A stretch of DNA of 64,000 bases from Calditrichota bacterium (GCA_013151275.1 JAADIP010000158.1:1622-65621); one strand, 5' to 3'. Shown: positions 1-10,358, counted from the stretch's first letter. The notes: generated from the letters alone by a model not told the origin. Numbers and translations are program-made.

Positions 1-891
1 TTTTAATTGTTTTTTTAACGATGTCAAATCGCGAAATTTGATTTCATCTCTTAATCGTTTTTTGAAGAATACTGTTATGGTTTTATCATAAATATCTTCG
101 CTAAAATCGTGGATGTGCACTTCGATACTTCTGGTAGTCGAATGATTGAAAGTGGGACGATAGCCGATATTAAGCATTCCCTTAAACAACTTATTGTCCA
201 CTTCCACATCCACGGCATAAACGCCATTCATAGGAATCAATTTTGCCGGCTCCGGCAATTTTAAATTCGCCGTCGGGAATTGCAGCTTTTTGCCCAGCAA
301 TCGACCGCGAATCACCTTTCCGCTTAAAAAATAGCGGTGTCCCAAAAGCTTTTCCGCTTCAGCCACGGCGCCTTTTAACAGCAGCTCTCTGATATGCGAG
401 CTCTTAATAATGTGCTCGCCCGTGGATAAAGGGTTAACCCGATACAACTCGAAATTCAATTCTTCGCTCAACTGCTTGAGACTTTCGTACGTGCCGCGGC
501 GATTTTTTCCGAACCCGTGATCATAGCCGATCACAAGAACCCGCATTTTCAGCTTTTTTAGTAAAATTTCCTTAACAAACCGTTCATAAGGCAGTTCGGA
601 TAATTTCCGGTCGAAATTTAGCACTCCGACCCAATCCAAATCAAACTTTTGTAAAAGTTTCAGTTTTTCGTCAAGGGTTGTCAACAACTTCACCCGTTCG
701 GAACCCAACAAAACCTGACGCGGATGGGGATCAAAGGTGATCAGCACGGAATGCAAATGCCTGTCCCGGGCTGATTTGATCAACTTTTCAATAATCAGCC
801 GATGTCCGCGATGGATTCCGTCAAAGGTTCCTATCGTAACCGCACAAGGTTGATCCGTTTTAAAGTTTTCCAATCCCCTGATTATTTTCAT
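1..891 (-). CDS. ribF: Bifunctional riboflavin kinase/FAD synthetase, 3' end runs off the window
   Basis: Not in the ORF track; translated by hand from ATG at 891 (ATGA overlap with truB stop): MKIIRGLENFKTDQPCAVTIGTFDGIHRGH (HxGH motif), open to position 1; position after truB is typical. Confidence 0.93.
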   Translation of the reverse strand, partial: MKIIRGLENFKTDQPCAVTIGTFDGIHRGHRLIIEKLIKSARDRHLHSVLITFDPHPRQVLLGSERVKLLTTLDEKLKLLQKFDLDWVGVLNFDRKLSELPYERFVKEILLKKLKMRVLVIGYDHGFGKNRRGTYESLKQLSEELNFELYRVNPLSTGEHIIKSSHIRELLLKGAVAEAEKLLGHRYFLSGKVIRGRLLGKKLQFPTANLKLPEPAKLIPMNGVYAVDVEVDNKLFKGMLNIGYRPTFNHSTTRSIEVHIHDFSEDIYDKTITVFFKKRLRDEIKFRDLTSLKKQLK

Positions 892-1607
892 TGTAAACGC
901 TTTACTTTGGTTTTCCAGTAATCGACGAATTCATTAATATCAAAACTATGATCAACCGAATACGATCCGATCTGCACTCGTTCCAGCTCAAAAAGGTGCC
1001 CGCCCACGCCCAATCGTTGTCCCAAATCGTGCGCGTAGGAACGGATGTAAGTGCCCTTGGAAACGAGCAGGTCTAATTTCAGAAACGGCGAATTCCACGA
1101 TAATACTTCCGCTTTGTGAATTTTCACCCGCACGGCTTTCCGTTCCACCTGTTTACCTTTTCTCGCCAGCTTGTAAAGGGGCGTGCCGTTGACCTTTTTT
1201 GCCGAAAACATGGGCGGCATCTGTAAAATTTCGCCTTTCATTTCTTCAACCGCCAAAATCACCCGTTCTTTATCAAGCGAATCCGTTTTCTCTTTGCGCA
1301 CAATCTCTCCGGTAACATCGTAAGTGTCCGTTTCCACCCCTAATTGAATTACAGCCCGATACCGCTTGTCCAGATTCATAAACTGCTGCAACTGCTTTGT
1401 TGCCCTGCCCACGCCGATAATCAGCAAACCCGTGGCAAAGGGGTCTAATGTTCCCGCATGCCCTACTTTTTTTATTTTCAAAGCGTGGCGAATTTTATTC
1501 ACCACATCAAACGATGTCCAGCCCTTCGGCTTATTTATCAAAACCACAAAAGCATCCGAAGGCAATTCATCCGGCAATGCTTCATTCTTTTTTAGAATCG
1601 GAATCAT
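888..1607 (-). CDS. truB: tRNA pseudouridine(55) synthase
   Basis: INKPKGWTSFDVV and KVGHAGTLDPFATG motifs, VSKGTYIRS; follows rbfA. Confidence 0.97.
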   Translation of the reverse strand: MIPILKKNEALPDELPSDAFVVLINKPKGWTSFDVVNKIRHALKIKKVGHAGTLDPFATGLLIIGVGRATKQLQQFMNLDKRYRAVIQLGVETDTYDVTGEIVRKEKTDSLDKERVILAVEEMKGEILQMPPMFSAKKVNGTPLYKLARKGKQVERKAVRVKIHKAEVLSWNSPFLKLDLLVSKGTYIRSYAHDLGQRLGVGGHLFELERVQIGSYSVDHSFDINEFVDYWKTKVKRLQ

Positions 1608-1947
1608 TCTTTAGGTTTTTTAGTAACGAATTTATGTGCTCCGCGTAATCCAAAGTTTCGTCGTAAAAAAAGCGCAATTCCGGCAGCCAGCGCGAGGTAA
1701 TGTACGGTTTGATCTCATTCCGGATGAATGATTTAGATCGTTCCAGCACCTGCTGCGTTTTTTCTTTTTGCCTTTCATCTCCCAAAACGGTGTAATAAAT
1801 CGACGCAACCCGCAGATCCGGCGATACTTTTACGCCGGTCAGAGTAATCATTCCCTTGTTCGGGTCTTTCAATTTAAACTCGATCACTTCGCTGACCACC
1901 CGCTTCAGCAAGTCGGCATATTTTTTAACTCTTCGTCCTTCAGCCAT
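1582..1947 (-). CDS. rbfA: 30S ribosome-binding factor A
   Basis: ITLTGVKVSPDLRVASIYY and PELRFFYD motifs; infB-rbfA-truB synteny. Confidence 0.95.
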   Translation of the reverse strand: MAEGRRVKKYADLLKRVVSEVIEFKLKDPNKGMITLTGVKVSPDLRVASIYYTVLGDERQKEKTQQVLERSKSFIRNEIKPYITSRWLPELRFFYDETLDYAEHINSLLKNLKNDSDSKKE

Positions 1948-1950
1948 AGT

Positions 1951-2232
1951 TTACAAATACTCAAAATTATAATGAACAATTTCGAACCCGTAATCGGAAT
2001 CCAACATTTTAAACAGTTTTTGCAAGGTCTCTTCGGTTATTTTACGATTGACTCCGACCATGGCAAAAGCCAACTTGGATCGCTGCCACTTATCCTGATA
2101 TTCGACTTCCGCAACCGAGATATTGAATTTATTTCGGGTGCGATCTTTTATCCGTTTCACAATTCCGCGTTTCTCTTTTAAAGAACCGCTGGTTGGAACC
2201 AAAATTTCCACTTCCAATAAGGCAACTACCAT
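1951..2232 (-). CDS. DUF503 (YlxP-like) family protein
   Basis: SLKEKRGIVKRIKDRTRNKFNISVAEVEYQDKWQRS signature; usual position between infB and rbfA. Confidence 0.88.
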   Translation of the reverse strand: MVVALLEVEILVPTSGSLKEKRGIVKRIKDRTRNKFNISVAEVEYQDKWQRSKLAFAMVGVNRKITEETLQKLFKMLDSDYGFEIVHYNFEYL

Positions 2233-2234
2233 TT

Positions 2235-5015
2235 TCAGACTAATTTACGTTTGACCTCAATCAATTCGTAGGCTTCGATAATATCGCCCACCTTAAGGTC
2301 ATTAAAGTTTTCGATTTGAATTCCGCATTCGAACCCGCTGGCGACCTCGCGCACGTCTTCTTTGAATCGTTTTAAAGAAGCGATTTTACCGGAATAGACT
2401 TCCACGTCGTCGCGCACGACGCGAATTTTTGCGTTGCGCGGAATTTTTCCCGATAAAACATAACATCCCGCGATAGTTCCGATGCGGGAAATTTTAAATG
2501 TATCGCGAACTTCCGCCCTACCCAATATATTTTCATCGAAAGTGGGCTTGAGCATTCCTTCCATCGCCATCTTTATATCGTCAATGGCGTCGTAAATAAC
2601 CTTGTAGGTCCGGATATCGACGACTTCTTTTTCAGCCAGCTCTTTTGCTTTGATATTGGCGCGCACATTAAATCCGATGATAACCGCGCCCGAAGCGGAA
2701 GCCAGAAGCACATCCGATTCGGTTATGGGACCAACCGCCTTACGAACCACGTTAATTTTTACTTCGTCTGTGTTCAGGTTGATCAGGGCGTCGGAAATCG
2801 CCTCCGCCGAACCGTCAACATCGGCTTTGATAATCACAGGCAAATCATGTATTTCTCCGTGGGCAATCCGTTCCGAAATCTGCTGTAAAGTCATCATCTT
2901 GACTTGTTTAACTTCCTGCTCGCGACGGAGCTGCTGGCGTTTAAGGCTCAGTTCTCTGGCTGCTTTTTCGTCCTTCATCACCACAAACCGGTCGCCCGCC
3001 TGAGGTATTCCTTCAAAGCCGAGAACAACCGCGGGTTTGGAAGGTCCCAGCGATTCTATTTTTTCGCCGCGTTCGTTTAATAACGCCCTTACTCTTCCGT
3101 AATGATGACCGGCGACAAAATGATCGCCCACTCTTAAGGTTCCGTCCTGAATCAGCACCGTGGCGATAGGTCCTTTGCCTTTATCCAGTTTAGCTTCAAT
3201 AACCACGCCCACGGCTCTGCGTGTGGGATTGGCTTTCAGATCGAGCATTTCGGCTTCCAACAGCACTTTTTCGAGCAGCTCGGGAATACCCTGTCCGGTT
3301 TTAGCCGAAATCTCTGCGCATTGATAGGTTCCGCCCCAGTCTTCCACCAAAATATTGCGTTCAGCCAATTGCTGTTTAATTCGTTCGGGATTTGCGCCGG
3401 GTTTATCGATTTTATTAATGGCAATCACCATGTGCACTCCGGCGGCTTTGGCATGATCGATGGCTTCGTCGGTTTGCGGCATTACGGCGTCATCGGCGGC
3501 GATGACCAAAATTACAATATCGGTAACCTGAGCGCCCCGGGCGCGCATGGCGGTAAACGCCTCGTGACCGGGCGTATCTAAAAACGTAATCGATTTGCCG
3601 TCGATTACAACCTCGTAAGCGCCGATGTGCTGCGTAATTCCGCCAGCTTCGCCGCCCACTATGTTACTTTTTCTCAAATAGTCCAGCAAAGAGGTTTTAC
3701 CGTGATCCACGTGTCCCATAATCGTAACTATCGGCGCGCGCGGAACAAGGTTTTCATCATCCATTTCCTCTTCTTCCTCTTCTTCGGACACAAATTCGGT
3801 GGCGTATTGCTCTTCCACTTTATACCCGTATTCTTCCGCTATCAGGGTGATTGTGTCGATGTCAAGGCGCTGGTTAATGGTAACCACCAAGCCCAATTCG
3901 AGGCATTTCATAATAATTTCCGAAACCGGCACATCCATTATATTGGACAATTCGTTGGCGGAAATAAATTCGGCTACACGGATGATTTTTTCGTCGCTTT
4001 CTTCAACGTTATCTTCTTTAACCTTTTTGCGTTTGGGTTTGCGACCTTTCGAATCCATTGAAGCAAGAGTCTTTTTAAGAGTCTCCTGCACCTCTTTCAT
4101 ATCGATCTGTGTTTTTTTCTTCTTTTTTCTTTTACGACCCGTCGATTTTGCCGGCACTTCTTCGCCTTCGTCACCGATATGGCGCAAATCGACTTTTTTA
4201 CCGCGCTTCCGTCCGCCTTTTTCTTTGCGGATCATTTCCAGAGCTTTACGGCGTTTTTTCTCTTTTTCTGAAAGACCGGCTTCTTCTTCGCGGGTTGTCT
4301 TCTTTTTACCTTTGAATTTTTTCTTCTTGTCGGTTTTCTTTTCTTCTTCGTCTTGGGGACGCTTTTTTTCCTGCGGTTTTACCGGCGCGGGTTTTTCTTT
4401 TCTCTCCGCCTCTGGTCTCGGTCTTTCCCTTTCCGCAGCAGGGACTTCTTTTTTCACAACGCCCTTCTTTTCTTCTCCCGGAATCTCTTTGGCTCCGATT
4501 TCCTGCGCAGCTTCTTTTTTGACGCTTACGGGTTCAGCCGTTTCCTGTTCTGCGGCAGGTTTAGCTCCTTCGTGTTTACGGGCAGGAATTTCCTGATCGG
4601 CTGGAAGTTCGGCTGCCTCGGCTTCGGCTTTAAGGGTAACCGGTTGTGTCTTTCGAACGTGACGTTTGGAACGGGGTTCCTTTTCGCCTTTGGAAATCGC
4701 TTCGGCGTCTTCTTCAATCGATTTTTTGAGCACATCCAGATAAGAAGGTTTTCCGTCTTCGGCTTTTGATTCATCGACGACTTCAACCGCTTCTTCTCTG
4801 CCTTCTTCACGAGCTCTGCGCGCCTTTAAAGCTTCGGCTTTTGCCTTATCCTGAGCAAATTTCTCGAGAATTTCGATATACACTTCTTCCGGCACCGAGG
4901 CGTTAGGACCCGACACTTTGATACTCTTCTTTTCCAAAAAACCGATAATCGTGTCGTGACCAAGATTCAGCTCTTTGCAAATTTTAAATATTTTGTATTT
5001 TTTTGCTACAGCCAT
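2235..5015 (-). CDS. infB: Translation initiation factor IF-2
   Basis: GHVDHGKTSLLD, DTPGHEAF, NKID GTPase motifs; long charged low-complexity N-terminus; IF2 C-terminal domains. Confidence 0.99.
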   Translation of the reverse strand: MAVAKKYKIFKICKELNLGHDTIIGFLEKKSIKVSGPNASVPEEVYIEILEKFAQDKAKAEALKARRAREEGREEAVEVVDESKAEDGKPSYLDVLKKSIEEDAEAISKGEKEPRSKRHVRKTQPVTLKAEAEAAELPADQEIPARKHEGAKPAAEQETAEPVSVKKEAAQEIGAKEIPGEEKKGVVKKEVPAAERERPRPEAERKEKPAPVKPQEKKRPQDEEEKKTDKKKKFKGKKKTTREEEAGLSEKEKKRRKALEMIRKEKGGRKRGKKVDLRHIGDEGEEVPAKSTGRKRKKKKKTQIDMKEVQETLKKTLASMDSKGRKPKRKKVKEDNVEESDEKIIRVAEFISANELSNIMDVPVSEIIMKCLELGLVVTINQRLDIDTITLIAEEYGYKVEEQYATEFVSEEEEEEEMDDENLVPRAPIVTIMGHVDHGKTSLLDYLRKSNIVGGEAGGITQHIGAYEVVIDGKSITFLDTPGHEAFTAMRARGAQVTDIVILVIAADDAVMPQTDEAIDHAKAAGVHMVIAINKIDKPGANPERIKQQLAERNILVEDWGGTYQCAEISAKTGQGIPELLEKVLLEAEMLDLKANPTRRAVGVVIEAKLDKGKGPIATVLIQDGTLRVGDHFVAGHHYGRVRALLNERGEKIESLGPSKPAVVLGFEGIPQAGDRFVVMKDEKAARELSLKRQQLRREQEVKQVKMMTLQQISERIAHGEIHDLPVIIKADVDGSAEAISDALINLNTDEVKINVVRKAVGPITESDVLLASASGAVIIGFNVRANIKAKELAEKEVVDIRTYKVIYDAIDDIKMAMEGMLKPTFDENILGRAEVRDTFKISRIGTIAGCYVLSGKIPRNAKIRVVRDDVEVYSGKIASLKRFKEDVREVASGFECGIQIENFNDLKVGDIIEAYELIEVKRKLV

Positions 5016-5057
5016 TTACTCTCCATTTTAGTATTGAATTCTGTTCAATACTTTAAT

Positions 5058-6338
5058 TTATTCTTCATTATCCTCAGATCCTTCGTCTCCGTCTTCTTCC
5101 TGCATATAACTCTGAGCGACCTGTAAAATTTTATCGGCTGATTTTTCGCCAATTCCCGATATTTTCACCAGATTTTCTTTTCCTTGTTCCAAAATTTCAT
5201 GCGCATAAAGGATATCGGCGTTGATCAATTTGCGTTTGATTCCTTCGGGAATGCCCGCCATGTCTTCCACCGAAACATATTCTTCGGTAGTGGTTTCTTT
5301 TTCATATTCCGATTCGCGCAGGGGCTCTATCTGATAACCGGTCAACTGGGACGCTAAACGTAAATTTTGTCCGCCCTTACCGATGGCTAACGAAATTTCG
5401 TCGTCGCGTATGATAGCCACCGCCATCTTTTCTTCCTGATTAACGATTACCTTAATCGGTTTTGCCGGAGTCAAAGCCCGGGAAATAAAAATTTCCGGCT
5501 CGCTCGAATAGTTAATGATATCTATTTTCTCGTTGTTCAGCTCGCGAACAATCGCCTGAATACGCACGCCTTTCATTCCCACGCAAGCGCCCACGGCGTC
5601 TATCCGGCGGTCGATCGATTCCACGGCAATTTTAGAGCGTTCGCCCGGTTCCCTCGCCACAGCCTTAACTTCAACAATACCGTCATAAATTTCGGGAACT
5701 TCCAATTCAAAAAGACGAATCAGGAATTGTTTATCCGCTCTGCTGACAATAATTTCCGGACCACGTCCTCTTTTCTCGTCGCGCACCTCTTTAATCAAAC
5801 AGCGAACGGTTTGACCGCGGCGCAGCATTTCGCTGGGAATCTTTTCGTTGCGCGGCAGAAAAACCTCTGTTTTATCCTGATTGATGTAAACGCCCCGGCT
5901 GTTGATCTGATGAATATCCCCGATGATAATTTCACCCAGACGGTTTTTGTATTCTTCAATAATGTGCTCGCGTTCAAAATCCCTGATTTTCTGAGCAAGG
6001 TTTTGCTTTGCCGAGGCAATGAGCCTTCTGCCGAACAGTTTGGGATCAATAACTTCAACGATCTCTTCGCCTAATTCGACATCGGGATCTATCTTTTTTG
6101 CAGATTCCAGATCTATTTCGCTGACCGGGTCTTCAACCTTTTCAACAACGGTTTTTTCCTGATAAATTTCGATATCGCCCTTATCAATATTCACAATCAC
6201 ATCAAAATTTTCAGTGGTTCCAAATCGCTTTTGGATCATGCCCAGAAATATATTCTCCAGAATATCGCGTAAATGATCCTTATCGATCCGCTTATCTTTG
6301 GCGATTTGGGTGATGGCTTCCATTATTTCAACATTCAT
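5058..6338 (-). CDS. nusA: Transcription termination/antitermination factor NusA
   Basis: S1 and KH domains (AREPGERSKIAV, VGACVGMKGVRIQ, LAIGKGGQN) plus C-terminal HhH. Confidence 0.98.
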   Translation of the reverse strand: MNVEIMEAITQIAKDKRIDKDHLRDILENIFLGMIQKRFGTTENFDVIVNIDKGDIEIYQEKTVVEKVEDPVSEIDLESAKKIDPDVELGEEIVEVIDPKLFGRRLIASAKQNLAQKIRDFEREHIIEEYKNRLGEIIIGDIHQINSRGVYINQDKTEVFLPRNEKIPSEMLRRGQTVRCLIKEVRDEKRGRGPEIIVSRADKQFLIRLFELEVPEIYDGIVEVKAVAREPGERSKIAVESIDRRIDAVGACVGMKGVRIQAIVRELNNEKIDIINYSSEPEIFISRALTPAKPIKVIVNQEEKMAVAIIRDDEISLAIGKGGQNLRLASQLTGYQIEPLRESEYEKETTTEEYVSVEDMAGIPEGIKRKLINADILYAHEILEQGKENLVKISGIGEKSADKILQVAQSYMQEEDGDEGSEDNEE

Positions 6339-6362
6339 ACTTGCCTCACTCCCTCCAAACTT

Positions 6363-6812
6363 TTACCACTGTACTTTAACTTTAGCTTGTTCAATGTCTC
6401 CACGTTTAATCTCCATAGTTCCACGTTTGGTTTCCAGAATAATCGTTTCCGCGTTAAAATCGGTTAATTTCCCCGTGACGCGCCATTCTTTTTCTTCGAT
6501 TCGATATTTTACAACCAAATGTCGCCCTACATTTTTTTTAAATTCCCAATCATATTTTAAGGGATGATCCAAGCCCGGCGACGAAACATCCAGGCGGTAA
6601 TTCATCCCAAAATCGTCATTCATATCCAATTCATCCTGAATCATCCGTGATAAGCGCGCGCATTCGTCCACGGTGATTCCGCGTTCATTATCCGCAAACA
6701 CCTGAAAAACAGGACTGTGAGAACCGCCCGAAACCCTTACTTCCAACAAATAAAATCCGTTATTTTCACAAATCGGACGAACAATCGCTTCCAGCTTTTC
6801 CCTCAGATCCAT
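6363..6812 (-). CDS. rimP: Ribosome maturation factor RimP
   Basis: ITVDECARLSR and YRLDVSSPGLDHPL motifs; upstream of nusA. The ORF-track TTG at 6824 overlaps a GGAG RBS, so ATG 6812 is the likelier start. Confidence 0.95.
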   Translation of the reverse strand: MDLREKLEAIVRPICENNGFYLLEVRVSGGSHSPVFQVFADNERGITVDECARLSRMIQDELDMNDDFGMNYRLDVSSPGLDHPLKYDWEFKKNVGRHLVVKYRIEEKEWRVTGKLTDFNAETIILETKRGTMEIKRGDIEQAKVKVQW

Positions 6813-6822
6813 TCCGAACTCC

Positions 6823-6855
6823 AAATAATAAAAAAGTGGGTTCCAGGACCCACTT
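6823..6855 (-). promoter_or_regulatory. Terminator-like hairpin (AAGTGGGT-cctgga-ACCCACTT plus T tract) immediately upstream of the rimP RBS; candidate attenuator
   Basis: Perfect 8-bp stem 6834-6855 followed on the minus strand by TTTTATTATT, ending at the RBS. Confidence 0.6.
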
Positions 6856-6978
6856 CAACCACCAAACAAATTATTAATTTAATTATATTAATTGAGTTTT
6901 GCAAATCTTAAATTATGCAATAACGTCAATCTTTTCCATCGGGTTCCGTCGTATTAACTCTGTCAAAACAACATTACA

Positions 6979-7923
6979 TTATACATCTTTTAAAAGCACA
7001 TAGTTCCTGAATCCGCCCAGGGGGCGTTTAAAGATTTTTTGTTCCAAAAATGTAATAAAACGATATTTTACGCGTTCGTGTTTGTGCGGCGCCCTGTTCG
7101 GATTTATTCTTCCGCTGTACTGCAATTTATGCTTCCAATCCATTTGCTTTATGCGTTCCTGCATTACCGCCGGATGGGTTTCTTTGAATTCGGCAAGGCG
7201 ATCCAACGGTCCGTAATCGAACTCTTTGGGCGCTTTTGAATAGTGTTCTTCGGCTTTTCGTCTTCCCCAGTGCACGCTGTCCAGCGCGCGCGATTTGTTT
7301 TGCATCATGTGCGGCGGACGAACCCACCCGTAATGGTAAATTTCCGCTTCCACCTTTGCCACTCTCAGTTTTCGCGTTCCGCCAGCCTGACGGGGATTGT
7401 CGTAATATTCAAAATAGCGAAACGACTGCGCGCTCTGCCACGAATGAATACTCGGATGATTGCGGATGATGCGTATTTCAAAAGGGTACCAGCCGTGACT
7501 GACATGATAGTGATCGTAATCGCCCCAAAAATGTTTGTAACGGAAGAGCAGCCCTTCCACCTGTTCATTATTCAGCAGCTCGGCGCAGCGTTTTTCGATA
7601 ACCGGCAAATATTTTTCGTGTACCACTTCGTCAGCCTGCAAGTAGAACAGCCAGTCGCCCGAGCACGATTGCTTGGCAATATCGGTCTGCAGGGCGTTGA
7701 TGATCCCTTTCTTAAAATATTTTTCTTCCCAAACAGTATCGATTATTTTTACTTTGGGATCGCCGATGGCGGCAATGGCTTCGCGCGTCCCGTCATCCGG
7801 GTCGCCCTGTCCCACGGCAACAACAAATTCATCGACAATCGGCAGAATTGACTTAATCGATTCGACAACCGGGTAATACAATTTAACGCCGTTGCGCACA
7901 AAACTAAAACCGCTGATTTTCAA
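6979..7923 (-). CDS. Glycosyltransferase family 2 protein
   Basis: GT-A N-terminus (ISGFSFVRN...SILPIVDEFVV...DDGT), WLFYLQADE DxD-like motif, IYHYGW. Confidence 0.85.
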   Translation of the reverse strand: MKISGFSFVRNGVKLYYPVVESIKSILPIVDEFVVAVGQGDPDDGTREAIAAIGDPKVKIIDTVWEEKYFKKGIINALQTDIAKQSCSGDWLFYLQADEVVHEKYLPVIEKRCAELLNNEQVEGLLFRYKHFWGDYDHYHVSHGWYPFEIRIIRNHPSIHSWQSAQSFRYFEYYDNPRQAGGTRKLRVAKVEAEIYHYGWVRPPHMMQNKSRALDSVHWGRRKAEEHYSKAPKEFDYGPLDRLAEFKETHPAVMQERIKQMDWKHKLQYSGRINPNRAPHKHERVKYRFITFLEQKIFKRPLGGFRNYVLLKDV

Positions 7924-8064
7924 TATTTAATCCTCAGAATAACAAACTTTGAAGTAACATACGAAAAATTTGCTTAATCTCATAAAAAACACGTTTTGGC
8001 ATTTAAGATGAACAAGAGATATTTTTTAAATGATGTTTTAAGAACCTGATTTTTCCCGAATTAC

Positions 8065-9258
8065 TCAATCATTAAATTTGATTTCGTGATAATCCATGAA
8101 CTTTTTTGCTTCGCTAAAAACATAAGGCAGAATTCGTTTAATCTCTTTTTGGATTTCGTCAAAGGTGACTTCAAAAAATTCCATGCCGTGACTAATCGGA
8201 TCCGCAATCGAAGGATTGGCTAATCTGGATCGGCGGTGCCACTCGCGTAAAAGAACGATTTTATCTTTAAATTGAGGATATTCTTCTCTGAGCGATTCGT
8301 AATGATTTACCGCCAGACAAATAATGAGATCGCTTTCCCGCATAATTTTATCGTCAACCGATCGGGCTTGATGGTGCGACAGATCGATGCCGTGCTTCTG
8401 AGCCACTTCAACCGCAAACGGATGCGCCGCGCCCGAAGCCATGGCAAGCGTACCCGCGGAGCTTACCTTGACGATGTCTTTAAAACGTGTTTTTGAGATG
8501 ATTTCTTCCAGAATTCCCATAGCCATCGGCGAGCGACAGATGTTTCCCGAGCAGATAAAAGTGACCTGAAAATATCTTTTGCGCGTTTTGAACGGAACAT
8601 CCGGCAGCCGCTTTTTAAGCTCGTCCAGAGCAACCGCTCCTTCGCGCAGAACAAGATAGGGTTTTTTGGTAAAATCGATAATCGTGGAGCCGCGGATATC
8701 CGGAACGGGTCCCGCGTCCAAAATCAGGTCGAGACGATCTCCGAACTGGGCGACAACCTCCTGAACATTCCGCGCGTTGGGATTTCCGGTGAGGTTTGCG
8801 CTGGTTGAAGTAACCGGGCTGCCGAGCGAAAGAACAAGCTGTTTGCACACCGGCAATTCCGCTACCCGGAAACCGACCTTTGCCTTTCCGCCGGCTTTTG
8901 TGAATCCGGAAGAAAGGTAGGTTAAGTTTTCTTTAAAACGGCTTTCCACAAGAACCGTAAATTTTCCGGGAAGTAATTTCCGGAAATGTTCGTATTGTTC
9001 TTTGGAAACAACTCCGAACAAATTCGTCAACTGTTCCAGCGAGGCTACCATTAAAGAAACGGGCATAAAAGGACCGCGTTGTTTAATCACAAACAACCGA
9101 TCCAGCGCCTTTTTATTGAAAACATCCACGCCCAGTCCGTAGAGGGTGTTTGTGGGATAGACAATAATCCCGCCCTGTTTAAGAACCTGAACGGCTCGTT
9201 TTATCGCCTTACGGCTCGGCTTATGGGGATCGATTTTATAATATTCCATTTTTCCCAA
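8065..9258 (-). CDS. Fusion: L-threonylcarbamoyladenylate synthase (TsaC/YrdC) + low-molecular-weight protein phosphatase
   Basis: N-half YPTNTLYGLG and STSANLTG (YrdC family); C-half FICSGNICRSPMA (CX5RS P-loop) and IADP general-acid motif; one continuous ORF. Confidence 0.9.
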   Translation of the reverse strand: MGKMEYYKIDPHKPSRKAIKRAVQVLKQGGIIVYPTNTLYGLGVDVFNKKALDRLFVIKQRGPFMPVSLMVASLEQLTNLFGVVSKEQYEHFRKLLPGKFTVLVESRFKENLTYLSSGFTKAGGKAKVGFRVAELPVCKQLVLSLGSPVTSTSANLTGNPNARNVQEVVAQFGDRLDLILDAGPVPDIRGSTIIDFTKKPYLVLREGAVALDELKKRLPDVPFKTRKRYFQVTFICSGNICRSPMAMGILEEIISKTRFKDIVKVSSAGTLAMASGAAHPFAVEVAQKHGIDLSHHQARSVDDKIMRESDLIICLAVNHYESLREEYPQFKDKIVLLREWHRRSRLANPSIADPISHGMEFFEVTFDEIQKEIKRILPYVFSEAKKFMDYHEIKFND

Positions 9259-9363
9259 ATCAAATAATTTGTTTTAAAACATCTGCGTTAAAAAATTTTA
9301 ACGTCCGGCAACCGCCACCATTATACTACGACTTTCTCTTTTTGTTGCCCGGTTATTGTTTTT

Positions 9364-10239
9364 TCAATTCCCGGGCTGCGTTTTCCAGCGGCGATGCACC
9401 CAAAACCATTGTTCCGGATATTTTCGCACCCATTTCTCCAAAGCGGCAGTATGGAGCTGGGTAATGGCAACCACTTTTTCCTGAAGCTTGCCGTTCAGTT
9501 CCGGAACAGTGATCTCTTCCATATAAACGTCAAACAGCGCATAATCGCGCCGGACCGGAATCAATAAAATGATTCTGGCGCCGGTTCGCAGATGCAGAAC
9601 AGCCGTGCCCACAGCCGTGGATGAAGGCAGCCCCAAAAAATCCACAAAAACGCCGCGTTTTCGGGCATCCTGATCAATCGCGATTGCCACGATTTTTTTG
9701 TCTTTTAATAATTTTGTCGCAACCTGCATGGCTTCGTAAGTATAAATAACCGTAAGACCATACCGGCAACGCATCTTATTAACAAAAGCATCAACTTTAA
9801 CGTTACTCTGCTTTTTCGCGATCGCCGCAATAGGAAGTTTCTGCAGGACAAAAGCCTGACCCATCCACTCAAAATTTCCGAAATGTCCCGCAACAAAAAT
9901 TATTCCGCGGTCTCTGTTTTTAACAGACTCCAGAAGTTCCCGATTTTTAATGCGCACCAATTTATCAGCCGTGCGTTCGTTTAAATGATGCATCTGCAGA
10001 AATTCCATCCACAAAAAGACAAAGTTCTTGTAAATCTCGTGCAGAAGAACGCTTTCCTGTTTTGGAAGTTTATCTCCATATACGCGATAAAGATTGTTTA
10101 GAATCACTTTTCGACGGTAACGCAGGATTTTCTCGATAATAAACGTCATAAAAAGAGCAAGACGTTTACCGGTTTTCAGCGAAATGCGACTGAAAATAAA
10201 AAAAAGCATCCGCACCAATATGTATTCAATATTTTTCAT
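9364..10239 (-). CDS. Lipid A biosynthesis acyltransferase (LpxL/HtrB family)
   Basis: GHFGNFEW, IAIDQD, VDFLG and PEQWFWVHRRWK motifs. Confidence 0.9.
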   Translation of the reverse strand: MKNIEYILVRMLFFIFSRISLKTGKRLALFMTFIIEKILRYRRKVILNNLYRVYGDKLPKQESVLLHEIYKNFVFLWMEFLQMHHLNERTADKLVRIKNRELLESVKNRDRGIIFVAGHFGNFEWMGQAFVLQKLPIAAIAKKQSNVKVDAFVNKMRCRYGLTVIYTYEAMQVATKLLKDKKIVAIAIDQDARKRGVFVDFLGLPSSTAVGTAVLHLRTGARIILLIPVRRDYALFDVYMEEITVPELNGKLQEKVVAITQLHTAALEKWVRKYPEQWFWVHRRWKTQPGN

Positions 10240-10358
10240 GGGCAGGAAATTAGTGAATTAGAATATTACAGGCAAATCCATAACTCTTTACGGTTGTAAA
10301 AAAGCGCCTGTTAACCCTAATATATTAGCACTAAAATCCTTATTTTTTTGGAAGAATT

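Noticed and set aside
3799-4769. Long antisense ORFs over infB (265 aa, 138 aa) and similar shadow ORFs across the window
   Set aside because: Mirror the low-complexity Lys/Glu codons of the real gene; no independent motifs.
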